The position numbers were made by a program, and so were the translations under genes. A DNA stretch of 63,760 bases, filler included, from Octopus bimaculoides (taxonomy: Eukaryota): the NCBI RefSeq assembly GCF_001194135.2. It is 5 parts of 5 records of this genome, joined end to end, with 100 filler letters (N's around TTAATTAATTAA, not from the genome) between each part and the next. Parts side by side here need not be neighbours in the genome. Positions count along the whole stretch, not along the records: positions 1 to 21,769 come from NC_068983.1; 4 more parts are not named here. One strand, given 5' to 3'. Every line of letters starts with the position of its first letter. Position 1 is the first letter of the stretch. The notes beneath the pieces were generated by a model. The model made no database searches. It saw only the letters and a list, made by a program, of their open reading frames with translations, and had not been told where the DNA came from. Below are positions 1 to 11,005 of this stretch, piece after piece.

Positions 1-330
1 GGGTTTGACTCCTTCGTGTATCACCTGGTTCGTAATACGGGTGACTAGGCTATAGCCAACACTGCCAGATATTTTGAGCATCTCTGCAGTGATTCCTGAT
101 GGGCCGGGGGCTTTCCCGGTCTTCATACTCTTAATTGTTTTATCTACCCTGGTACTATCAACTCGGATAGCTGGTCCCTCTATTGGGTCGACATACGGCA
201 GGCTCTCTTTCTCCCATTCATTCTCTTTATTAAGCAATCTATCGTAGTGGCATCTCCAGACCTCTTTCTTTGCATCCTCATTTAATGCAAGCGTACCATC
301 ATCCATGCGAACACATTTCTCTCCTATCTT
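1..330 (-). mobile_element. RTE-clade (RTE-X-like) LINE ORF2 fragment, endonuclease-RT linker to start of RT; continues beyond window start
   Basis: Manual minus-strand translation is open for about 110 codons: IGEKCVRMDDGTLALNEDAKKEVWRCHYDRLLNKENEW...KSMKTGKAPGPSGITAEMLKISGSVGYSLVTRITNQVIHEG. It contains the KAPGPSGI..EMLK motif that precedes non-LTR RT domains. Confidence 0.85.
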
Positions 331-453
331 ACATAAAAGAAACAAAAATGATTGAGAGAGAGAAGAGAGATAAGAAGTAAAATGAAAGAAGTTTCAACCA
401 ATGAGATTTCTTGTTTCAAATTTTCACCAAGCAAAGATAAAAGTAAACTTGGT

Positions 454-485
<32 letters not shown>

Positions 486-1349
486 GAGAGATTGAGAGAG
501 GGAAGGAGGGAGAGAGAGCAGTGGGATATTGAGACAAACCAGAGAAAGATTCTTCTAATGTGTTTACAGTGAATGTTATCACACTAAAATGGTCCTGGCA
601 CCACAATCAATGTCCTCCCCTTTCTTTTCTTTTCTTTCTTTCTTTGTTTCTTTTCTTTTCCCTGTAGCTTAAGTGGAATTATTAACAAATAAAGTAGTTG
701 TGTTTGCACTGACCTATCAGGTTTTTTTCTCTGATGCATCTATCATATGTATGCATATGCACACACACACACACACACACAAGTTTCAACGCAATTTCTA
801 TCTCCAAAATTTCACTCTCAAGGCATCGGTTACCCTGAGGCTATTGTAGATGACCCTTTTCCAAGGTGGTTGTGAAGTGAATTTCTTATTCATGCAGCCA
901 ACCATGCCTACTCCCCTGTCTATCTTATGTTATAAAAATTTGTTAATTAAGATAAGTTCGTATCTTTCTTCGCTGCACGTGCTCTTATCAGTATCTCACT
1001 TTAACAAATATTTTTAAAGCCTTTTATTTGTGTTTGTGGTTAATGCAGATAATCACTCATTTCTTTGGATTTTCAATTAATTTTATCTCCCATCATCCTC
1101 ATAGTTTAACATACTGGTATGTGTTGGTTTCACAGGAGCTGGCAAACCAGAAGACTGCACCAATCTCTACTGTCTGTTTTGGCATGGTTTTTATAGCTGG
1201 ATGCCCTTCCTGACGCCAACCGATTTACAGAGTGAAATGGGTGCATTTTATGTAGAACTGGCACAAATGAAGTTACCAAGTAATTCACAAGACAGGATCC
1301 CTGAACTGAATGGGGTGGTGTTGAGGGAGGTGTGTGTGTGTATGTTTGT

Positions 1350-1552
1350 GTGTCTTTGTTTGCCACCCCCCAACATCACTTGACAACCAATGCTGGTGTG
1401 TTTACATCCCTGTAACTCAGCAGTTCAGCAAAATACACCAATAGAATAAGTACTAGGCTTACAAAGAATAAGTCCTGGGCTCGATTTGCTCGACTAAAGC
1501 CAGTGCTCCAGCATGGCCGCAGCCAAATGACTGACACAAGTATAAAAATAAA
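1350..1552 (+). mobile_element. SINE family A, 3' module only
   Basis: Matches the module caacatc(g)cttgacaacc..ggtgtgtttacatcccc..aataagtactaggcttacaaagaataagtcctggg..ctccagcatggcc..tgact, which recurs many times in the window. Confidence 0.8.
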
Positions 1553-1677
1553 AGAATATAATATACATACACACATTTATATACATATATACAGACACAT
1601 ACATGCACATATATACACACATACGTTCCTTTTCCCTCTCACCTTACCAGACATACTTTTCTATACATGCATTTACG

Positions 1678-1834
1678 TAGGAGTGACTGTGTGGTAAGTA
1701 GCTTGCTTACAAACCACATAGTTCTGGGTTCAGTCCCACTGTGTGGCACCTTGGGCAAGTATCTTCTACTGTAGCCTCGGGCCGACCAAAGCCTTGTGAG
1801 TGGATTTGGTAGACGGAAACTGAAAGAAGCTTGT

Positions 1835-1875
<41 letters not shown>

Positions 1876-2098
1876 ATATATGTGTGTGTGTGTGTTTGTG
1901 TGTCTGTGTTTGTCTCCCCAACATCGCTTGACAACCGATGGTGGTGTGTTTACATCCCCGTAACTTAGCAGTTCGGCAGAAGAGACCGATAGAATAAGTA
2001 CTAGGCTTACAAAGAATAAGTCCTGGGCTCGATTTGCTCGACTAAAGGTGGTGCTCCAGCATGGCCACAGTCAAATGACTGAAACAAGTAAAAGAGAA
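1678..2098 (+). mobile_element. tRNA-derived SINE family A, full length (tRNA-like head, conserved body, TA/TG microsatellite, 3' module)
   Basis: Head gtgactgtgtggtaagtagcttgc..gggttcagtcccact with degenerate A/B boxes, followed by ggcaccttgggcaagt..gccgaccaaagccttgtgagtggatttggtagacggaaactgaaagaag. Multiple near-identical copies occur in the window. Confidence 0.85.
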
Positions 2099-2551
2099 AA
2101 GAGTATATACACACACATATCTCTATCCATATGTTCATATGCATATACACACATAACAAAAAAAAAAAATGTATGAGACACAGAATCACCCACACAGATA
2201 AAACCACAAATACACTCCCCACTGTGTATAGATTTACTGCTCCTGTTCCCATCTCCTCACCTTATGGAGGGGAAATTGTAGACTGTACCCCCATCCCTTT
2301 GTGAAGTGGATGAAGATGGCTGTGACTGTCCATTGATATAATTTTACCATATGGGATAATAGAAGGAGGCAAGGCAGCACATGTAGGGGGTATAGGTATG
2401 TGTGAAGGAGGGAATGAGTGGTTGTGTGTGTATGTGTATGACAAGTGCCTCTTTATAGCCCCAGGCCAAAGAAAATGTTGTGAGCAGATTGCATAGGATG
2501 GAAACTGAAAGAAGTCTGTCGTGTGTGTGTGTGTGTGTGTGTGTGTCTGTG

Positions 2552-2604
<53 letters not shown>

Positions 2605-2631
2605 ACACACACACACACATATATATAAATA

Positions 2632-2811
2632 TGTTAAAAATGGGGAAGGCTGGTTTATGGGATTTACCTTAGGTTTCCCATCCATAAAGGTTGTCCCAAT
2701 AGGTTTTGGGCCCAACAGGTTTTGGGATTTGATCATACGTCATAAAGTTAAATCCTTTATGAAGGGGAACCCTGAGGTAATCTCATAAACCGGCCTTCCC
2801 CATTTTTAACA
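2632..2811. repeat. Palindromic (MITE-like) element with about 60-bp imperfect arms
   Basis: tgttaaaaatggggaaggctggtttatggga..cataaagg is the reverse complement of cctttatg..tctcataaaccggccttccccatttttaaca. Confidence 0.75.
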
Positions 2812-2892
2812 CACGCATACTGCTCTATATCTTAGAGTGTACTTCTTCTTTCAGATTTGTTTTTTCACAGATGATATATATATATATATATA

Positions 2893-2978
2893 TAATTAAG
2901 GGTCTCTAAGAGATACCAACATGCTAGAGATAGCAGTCAAAACTTGACTCTAAAACCCCTCTTAGATACCCTTAATTA
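2893..2978. repeat. Mini inverted-repeat element
   Basis: taattaagggtctctaagag vs ctcttagatacccttaatta are 19/20 complementary. The interior (catgctagagatagcagtcaaaac) resembles the arm of the 3649-3905 element. Confidence 0.65.
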
Positions 2979-3109
2979 TAATTTTAATAATTGAGACCTA
3001 TAAGATTTTTATTCCCATGCTGGCCACTTGATATGATTGGTATTTTAAATAATGATCTTATCCTTATATATATATATATCTGTAAATAATATGTGACAAT
3101 TATTCAGTA

Positions 3110-3179
3110 GCCATGATAAAACTCTGAGTTTCGGTTGTTGGGGTGGAAACCCATGCTGCCATCTCTTCAGTTATCTGGC
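3110..3179 (-). ncRNA. Type I hammerhead ribozyme motif (inverted copy, weak stem II)
   Basis: Minus strand reads gcca-gataa CTGAAGA gatggcagc...caacc GAAA ctcagag T T ttatc-a-tggc. Stem I has 9 WC pairs with one bulge, the core is intact, and stem II is poorly paired. Confidence 0.55.
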
Positions 3180-3205
3180 CATTGAAAGATGCTATGAAAA
3201 TGATG

Positions 3206-3275
3206 GCCAGATAGCTGAAGAGATGGCGGCGTGGGTTTCCGCCCTGACATCCGAAACTCGGAGTTTTATCATGGC
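3206..3275 (+). ncRNA. Type I hammerhead ribozyme motif
   Basis: Stem I gcca-gatag (3206-3214) / ttatc-a-tggc (3266-3275). CTGAAGA at 3215-3221. Stem II gatg..catc plus ggcgg/ccgcc, with a bulged C at its base. GAAA at 3253-3256. Near-palindromic stem III aactc-g-gagtt. Predicted GUU cleavage after 3265. Confidence 0.7.
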
Positions 3276-3648
3276 TACCGAATAATTGTCACATATTATT
3301 TACAGATGAATTCCTCTATTTGCATAATACTGAGGTCTCTTTCTTTCTTTTGCTGTTTTACCTTTTCTATCAATATATATATATATATATATATTGGTGG
3401 AGGAAAGCCTTCTTTTTTCTGTTGAGGGCTTATGTGCTCCCTTATTAGACTGTTTTCCTTAGTCATTGCACGGTGATTGCCATAAGCTTTAAGCTTGTAT
3501 AGAAATACCATTATTATTATTTAAACACACACACACACACATATATATAAAGGATAAGACCATTATTTAGAATAATGATCATATGAAGTGGCCGACATGG
3601 AAAATTCCATATAAGTAATAATTATTATAGGTATACAATAATATAAAT

Positions 3649-3905
3649 ATAATTATAATTAAGGGTACCAAAGTGGCACCATCATGCCAGAAATAGCAGT
3701 CAGAACAGACTCTAGAACCACATCATGTATTCATATAGCAAAGGTGATGAGATAAATGAACAAAGAAATTAGCAATTTTTGCTAATTTCTTTGTTCGTTA
3801 ATCCTATCACCAGTGCTATATGAATACATTATGTGGTTCTATAGTAAGTTTTGACTGCTATTTCTGGCATGGTGGTGCCACTTCGGTACCCTGAATTATA
3901 ATTAT
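3649..3905. repeat. About 257-bp near-perfect palindrome (foldback/MITE-like)
   Basis: Outer 72-bp arms 3649-3720 / 3834-3905. The interior is also self-complementary (atgtattcatatagca/tgctatatgaatacat; gaacaaagaaattagcaa-ttt-ttgctaatttctttgttc). Confidence 0.85.
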
Positions 3906-4550
3906 GGAGTGGTTGTGTGGTAAGTAGCTTGCTTACCAACCACATGGTTCCAGGTTCAGTCGTACTGCATGGCACCTTGGGCAAGTGTCTTCTATAGCCT
4001 TGAGCTGACCAATGCCTTATGAGTAGATTTGGTAGACAAAAATCATAAAAAAAAGCTGTCATATTTGTGTGTGTGTGTGTGTGTGTGTGTGTAGGCATGT
4101 ATGTATGTTTGTGACTGTTTGTCTCTCATCACTGCTTGACAACTGGTGTTGGTTTGCTTATGTCCCCATAACTTGGCAGCTTGGCGAAAGAGCCTGATAG
4201 AATAAGAACCAGGGTTAAAAAAGAAAAATATAAATACTGGGGGTCAATTTGTTGAACTAGGAAATTCTTCAAGGTGGTGCTCAAGCATGGCCACAGTCTA
4301 ATTAATAAAATGAGTAAAAGATAAATAATAAAAAAAGATATGTGTGTCTGTGTTTTTCTGTCCTGAACTGCTTGACAACCAGTGTTGGTGTGTTTACATC
4401 CCCAAAACCTGGTGGTTCAGCAAAAGAGATCGATAGAATAAATATCAGGCATTCAGAAAAATAAATACTGTGGTTGATTCATTGAACTAAAATTCTTCAA
4501 GGCTGTGCCCCAGTATGGCCACAGTCTAATGACTGAAACAAGTAAAAAAG
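3905..4550 (+). mobile_element. SINE family A full copy followed by a second 3' module
   Basis: Head ggagtggttgtgtggtaagtagcttgcttaccaaccacatggttccaggttcag. The 3' module occurs at about 4120-4320 and again at about 4350-4550. Confidence 0.8.
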
Positions 4551-4559
4551 AAAAAAAAA

Positions 4560-4812
4560 GGTGTGTTAACTTGAATGTGTGTTTATGTGAGTGTGTGTTA
4601 AAGAGTGTGTTTGGGTGTATATGTGTTTGTGTGCTTGAGTGTATGTGTTAGAAAGTAATGGATAAAGGATTACATACATACAAACACATAACAGATGTAT
4701 GGTAGTGTGTTTGTGTATGAAAATGTGTGTAATAAGGTAATGGGGAAAGGAATGTATGTGTGTGTACATACATATACATATATGTGTATAAATGTGTATT
4801 CAGATATATGTT

Positions 4813-4873
<61 letters not shown>

Positions 4874-5075
4874 GTATGTGTGTGTGTGTGTGTATGTATA
4901 TATATATATCTTTGTATTTACACATGTACATATATATTTGTGTGTGTATATATACATATATATATGTGTGTGAGTCTATGTATATGTGTGTGTATGTATA
5001 CATATATGTGTGTATATGTGTGTGTATGTATACATATATGTGTGTTTGTATGTATATATATGTGTGTGTGTATAG
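4560..5075. repeat. Compound (TA)n/(TG)n microsatellite field
   Basis: Direct reading; it generates the spurious YI/CV/TH ORFs. Confidence 0.95.
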
Positions 5076-5703
5076 GATAGTCGTTGCTGTATGTTTACAC
5101 AAAGTGCGTGTGTGAGTAGCAGCAAAAGACAGGGTAGTGGGAGGGGCAAAGAGAGACCCGATACCTTCCATATGGACACAATATGTATCACAACATAAGA
5201 GATGGGCTATAGGATAATTCTATTCCTTAAAGTTGTTTACAGAAGATGATTTTTCAGTCACAGATGGCTAACAGAGTGAGAAGTGATGGATGTGGGGGAG
5301 GAGGTGGCTAGAGAAATAAGATGGGCTGGAAGCTGAGCAGGGAGAGCAGAGTGGATTACTGGAGATTTGACCACCATGGAATTGGAGCTGGTTTCAATGT
5401 GGAAAGTTTACAAAAATCACGTAAAAATACTTGAAGAATGCTTATGAAAATACTTGTCCCCACCACCATCACTACTATCACCGTCATCGTCGTCTTACCT
5501 TAAAGAACTTCAACAGACAAATGGAAGGATGCATAAAAATTCCAGAAATCATCATCATTATCATCTTCCCTATTCTTCTTTTTCTTCTTCTTGCAATGCC
5601 ATGCATATGGTATTGTTTTGTTTACGTGATCTTCTTATATTTAATTTGCAGCAGCAATGGGATAAGGAGTGTGGGTCACAATGCTTCTCCCATCTAGCGG
5701 TGA

Positions 5704-6179
5704 GCCTCATGGAAACAAAATGGCTGAGTTCCTTTTGAGCGTTGGGCCTCACGGAGGCAAAGTGGCTGAGTTCCTTTTGAGTATTTGGCCTCACAGAGGC
5801 AAAGTGGCTGAGTTCCTTTTGAAAATTAGGCCTCACGGAAGCAAAGTGGCTGAGATCCTTTTGAGTGTTAGGCCTCATGGAGGCAAAGTGGCTGAGTGCC
5901 TTTTGAGCGTTAGGCCGCACAGAAGCAAAGTGGCTGAGTTCCTTTTGAGTGTTAAGCTTCACAGAGGCAAAGTGGCTGAGTTCCTTTTGAGTGTTGGGCC
6001 TCACAGAGGCAAAGTGGCTGAGTTCCTTTTGAGTGTTAGGCCTCACAGAGGCAAAGTGGCTGAGTTCCTTTTGAGCGTTAGGCCTCACGGAGGCAAAGTG
6101 GTTGAGTTCCTTTTGAGTATTGGGCCTCATGGAGGTAAAGTGGCTGAGTTGCTTTTGAGTGTTGGGCCTCATGGAGGCA
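5704..6179 (+). repeat. 42-bp minisatellite, about 11.3 copies
   Basis: Unit gcctcacagaggcaaagtggctgagttccttttgagtgttag starts at 5704 and recurs every 42 bp to 6166. It gives a 14-aa periodicity in the ORFs on both strands. Confidence 0.95.
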
Positions 6180-6500
6180 TTGACCAAGACCTTTGGCATT
6201 ATGTTGTGTTCGAGAAGACCCATCAAGGCAAGTAAAATTGCAGTCGTGGCAGATATTGGTGTCACACAAGTTGGCACCACCTTGATAAATTGGCACCATG
6301 TGGAACACCACCTTGAAAGATACCCTGGTGTCATGCAAATGGAACCTGTGCTGGTGGCATGTAAAAGCACCCATTACACTCTCAGAGTGGTTGGCAAACC
6401 ATGCCAAATCAGACTGGAGTCTGGTGCAGCCTTCCTGTGTGCCAGCCCAGTGAAACTGTCCAACCCATGCCAGCATGGACAATGGATATTAAGCGATGAT
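6166..6500 (+). mobile_element. RTE-X 3' end-derived non-autonomous element (family D tail)
   Basis: LGLMEALTKTFGIMLCSRRP resembles the RTE-X C-terminus seen at 37040-37090 and 53450-53520. It is followed by the shared 3' UTR ...gtggttggc..ccaacccatgccagcatgga..gatgatga. Confidence 0.7.
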
Positions 6501-6504
6501 GAAT

Positions 6505-7347
6505 TTTTTTTCCTAGATATGTCAGCAGTAGCACCAGCTCTGCTAACTTTAGAGGAATTGTGGAGTGTATTTTTGCTTCCTCTTCTCAGAAGCGAATCTA
6601 ACTTCTACGGTCCTGTAAATTTTCCCCTCTTGCTATGTAGGTCATCTCATGCCATATTGGCTGTAGGCATTTCTCTATGTTTTCCTTAGAAGATAGTTCT
6701 GCTTTTTTAAAATTTTAATGATAAAGTTTGATATATAATGGTCTTCTTCTGAGTTGTGTGTACAACTTCTCCCAGTGGGGTAAATTTTACGTTATTTCTG
6801 TTCTTTTTCAACATGGTTTTAAATTTCTATAGTTCCATTATGTTGACGTTTAAAAGCTCTTGGTTGACAGTAGTTATCGTTGCAAAGTTCACTTTTTTTG
6901 TTTTCATTTTGTTGGTTGATCCTTGTAGTCATGTTGTTTTCCTCCTCTGGCACACAGCTGGTAAGGGAGGGGAACATTTCTTTATCCAATTTGTTCAACA
7001 GCTCAGTTCTGTTGTCCAAATTGGGGGTGTTGCCTTCCATGGTGTAAGCCTCCATATTTGAAATTTTCACAGAAAAATTAATATATACTTCCAAAATAAC
7101 AAAAATAATTAAATTCACCCCTTAAGAAGGGGGAATTTCACAAAAAGCAATTCCCTGCTAAGCAGTATTGTGTTCGAACACAAGTAAAAATATAACAGTC
7201 AACAAAATGGATACATACACGGTAAGAATTAGTAGCTCACAAAAACACACCTACACAGTCTACACATTTGATCACTATAAACAAATCATCTGTGTGATCG
7301 TTCAGTAAGAAGTTGTCGAATCCTCATACGCCATCCAACAGCGGAGA
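6505..7347 (-). mobile_element. Probable 5' region (UTR plus degraded ORF1-like frame) of an unclassified LINE
   Basis: Microsatellite-free block with a minus-strand N/E/K-rich ORF (6819-7118) and a CpG-bearing leader abutting (TG)n. No diagnostic motif; the classification is inference. Confidence 0.3.
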
Positions 7348-7355
7348 AAATCCAT

Positions 7356-7386
<31 letters not shown>

Positions 7387-7551
7387 TACAATTTAGTTAG
7401 GTGTTAAATAACCACCTAAAGGATATTAAATATCCAAAGAATTTACTGGTTTTTATTAATGGTGTATAAAATGATAAAATTGAATTGAATTTATCATTTA
7501 TTGATTAAATTATTCAATTGTTCAATTTATTGTTTTGGTTCCCATTTCTAA

Positions 7552-7589
<38 letters not shown>

Positions 7590-7656
7590 NNNNNNNNNNN
7601 NNNNNNNNNNNNNNNNNNNNNNNNNNNNNNNNNNNNNNNNNNNNNNNNNNNNNNTG

Positions 7657-7731
<75 letters not shown>

Positions 7732-9359
7732 GTATATATATATACACATATATGTATCTATATATACATATACAATCATCATATCACAGACACATGCATA
7801 CATTCACACACACACACACACATACAAACACATACATAATGTACACACACATATACAATACAGGCATGTATACATAGCCACACACACATGCAACAAAGAA
7901 ATGTACACACCCATACACGGTAAAGATTGTATGCATCCACACATAACACTCTCATACATATATACACACACACACATGCATGAAGGCATACAGACCTCAT
8001 CCACACATGCACACAGACGCACAAACACATGAACTAAAGCATAACCCCCACACATACACACACAAAGTAGGCATGAATATATACAAACACACACACATAA
8101 GTAGGCAAAGAGATATTTATTTATACACACATTGGAATTAACAGAGTGTACTGGGTGTTCTTTACATGGTGCCAGCACCAGTGCTTTTTACATGGCACTG
8201 TCACAATGTAGATAAATATAGATAAAAAAAACAATAGAATATCAAATTAACAAATAAATATCTGTCATTTCATTATCAAAAATAAGATTGTTTAACTTAG
8301 TTCTACATTGTTCAGAAGAAGCAGGACAGCTCTTATGTTTCTTTTCTGTCTTTACAACTTATTGGCGGAAAGGTGGAAATTGTCATCAGATTGGAGATCT
8401 GGTTCGAATTCTTACAGCAGAAGGGGGATTCTACTAAAGGCTTGCAGAAGCCATTTGGTAGTGTTAAATCAAACGACAGACTAAATCCACCACCAATGAA
8501 ACAAGAGCAATCTCTCTGACAGGCTTCCACACAGTCTCCCTCTGCCCAATTTTGCCAGATCGAGGTGTTGGTAGAAGATGCTCATCCAAAGCGTCTCACA
8601 GTGGAATTGAACCTGAGCATAAAATTGTAAGAGTTGTGTAGTGAACTTCTTAACCACACAGCCAGGCCTGAGTCATTGATCAGGTTTTTATAAAATTACT
8701 TTTAAAAAGGTGTGGGAATAGCTCTGATTAAGAAGTTTGTTTTGCAACCATGTAGTTTTGAGTTCAGTCCCACTGCAAGTTTTCTCATAGGCTGACCAAT
8801 GCCTTGTGAGCGAAATTGTTTGACGGATATTGCATGGAAGCCTGTCATTTATATATATCTGTCTGTTTGTGTTTGTCACCCCTACCTACCTTACATGGGT
8901 GCCTATCAAAATCTTAAAGCTATGAAATAATGAAAGATTAATTCAAAATGATGTGAGTGAATAAATAAGCATTACATTTGACAGAGTAACCTGAATGCTA
9001 CAGGGTTAACGGTACTTATTAATGCCATGCATTAGACAATCATATAATGTTTTCGATGTGATGTTTTTATCATTGTTGATATTTTGAGTCAGATTGGCCC
9101 TTATCAAACTGACCTACACTACATACATAGTCACTGGAATTACAAGATATAATCACCAGATCTATTGTTGCATATACATATATGTATGTGCATTTAGAAG
9201 AGAGCCATTAGCTTTTGTTTAGCTCCAGGTCAGCTCTGACTGAGCAGGCTTATGTTCAAAGACATTCTAGCTGTGCCCATCCCAGACATGTAGCCTATAT
9301 TTTCCACTATGTCCTTCTCTTTGTTAAGATGGTAGGGTATAATTTGAGGGAGATTTGGT

Positions 9360-9450
9360 GCCCACCACCACCAAAACCACCAACACCACCACCACCACCA
9401 CCACTACCACCACCACCACCACTACCACCACCACCACCACCACTACCACT
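9360..9450. repeat. (CCA)n/(CTA)n trinucleotide repeat
   Basis: Direct reading. Confidence 0.95.
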
Positions 9451-10669
9451 CCTGCTGTTGGTAATGTGANNNNNNNNNNNNNNNNNNNNNNNNNNNNNNN
9501 NNNNNNNNNNNNNNNNNNNNNNNNNNNNNNNNNNNNNNNNNNNNNNNNNNNNNNNNNNNNNNNNNNNNNNNNNNNNNNNNNNNNNNNNNNNNNNNNNNNN
9601 NNNNNNNNNNNNNNNNNNNNNNNNNNNNNNNNNNNNNNNNNNNNNNNNNNNNNNNNNNNNNNNNNNNNNNNNNNNNNNNNNNNNNNNNNNNNNNNNNNNN
9701 NNNNNNNNNNNNNNNNNNNNNNNNNNNNNNNNNNNNNNNNNNNNNNNNNNNNNNNNNNNNNNNNNNNNNNNNNNNNNNNNNNNNNNNNNNNNNNNNNNNN
9801 NNNNNNNNNNNNNNNNNNNNNNNNNNNNNNNNNNNNNNNNNNNNNNNNNNNNNNNNNNNNNNNNNNNNNNNNNNNNNNNNNNNNNNNNNNNNNNNNNNNN
9901 NNNNNNNNNNNNNNNNNNNNNNNNNNNNNNNNNNNNNNNNNNNNNNNNNNNNNNNNNNNNNNNNNNNNNNNNNNNNNNNNNNNNNNNNNNNNNTGTGTGT
10001 GTCTGTACATGTTCATGCCTACTTTGTGTGTGTGTGTGTTTTGTGTGAGGTTTATATGTCTTTGTGCATGTGCGAGCATACGTATGTGTGCACGGGTGGG
10101 TGAGGGCGTTGTGTGTGGGTGGGTGAGAGTGTTGCATGTGGGTGTATACAATTTTTATACTGTATGGGGTGTGTACATCTCTTTGTTGTATGTGTGTGTG
10201 GCTGTGTATACACGTCTGTATTGTATTGTGTATGTATGTATGCTTTATGTATATGTCTTTGTATGCACGTGTGTCTGTATGTGTGTGTGTGAATTTATGC
10301 ATGTGTCTGTGAAAAAGAGAGGAAAATATATATATATATATATATATATACATACAGGAGGAGAGAGAGATATATATTCTTATAAAGCAAGTGTACTTGT
10401 TGGTGTACAATTATTTCATCTGTTATCGTTATTGTTGATGATGATGATGATGGTGAGTGGTGGTGGTGGTGGTAGTGGTGGTAGCAGTGGTGATGATGAT
10501 ACTATAAAGTGGACAAATCCAGGCATATGGGAGTCCTATAGACCCATTAACCCGCTTCTGATCACAGTGGGGCAATGTTAAAAGGAGTTTCCCTGAAAAA
10601 TGGCTACATCTTACGCATCATTATATGCACCTCCTGCTGTGTTGTGTAATTGTTTGGTCTGGTAGGGAC

Positions 10670-10709
<40 letters not shown>

Positions 10710-10969
10710 TCATATCAACATACACACACACACCACCATATATTGACATACACTTATTCATAAACACATTGACATACATTCATATATGCAAGCATGGATA
10801 TACATTTGCACACATCAACATACACTCCCTCTTACACACATACACACACACACACACACCTCTCATGCACCAACCATATCACACACTACTCTCTTTCTGA
10901 TACAACTCCCCTCACTCACACACAAACCTGCATATCCGCACACATGGACATAGATATGTGCACACATAG

Positions 10970-11005
<36 letters not shown>

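Noticed and set aside
2262-2444. Pro/His-rich minus-strand ORF (IPPTCAALPPSIIPYGK...)
   Set aside because: No splice acceptor or recognisable homology; the start lies in a CA repeat.
3735-3790. gtgatga..gaaa..att tttgcta inside the 3649-3905 palindrome as a hammerhead
   Set aside because: C3 is missing and stem II cannot form.
4566-5191. Overlapping 70-120 aa ORFs rich in YI/CV/TH (also at 7.5-8.2, 15.0-15.4, 45.5-45.9, 54.6-55.3 and 59.3-60.1 kb)
   Set aside because: They are translations of (TA)n, (TG)n and (CA)n microsatellites.
5652-5699. Possible 48-nt exon (ttaatttgcag|QQWDKECGSQCFSHLA|gtgagc)
   Set aside because: It abuts, and probably belongs to, the start of the repeat element; the donor overlaps the first repeat unit.
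5570-6370. 266-aa and 188-aa repeat proteins; CRISPR-like regular repeats
   Set aside because: This is a head-to-tail 42-bp minisatellite with no unique spacers in a eukaryotic TE context; the open frames follow from a stop-free unit.
9307-10581. Longest ORFs in the track (275-408 aa; likewise 12.5, 14.0-15.1, 18.5 and 31.3 kb)
   Set aside because: They run through N gaps and trinucleotide repeats, so they are not evidence of coding.
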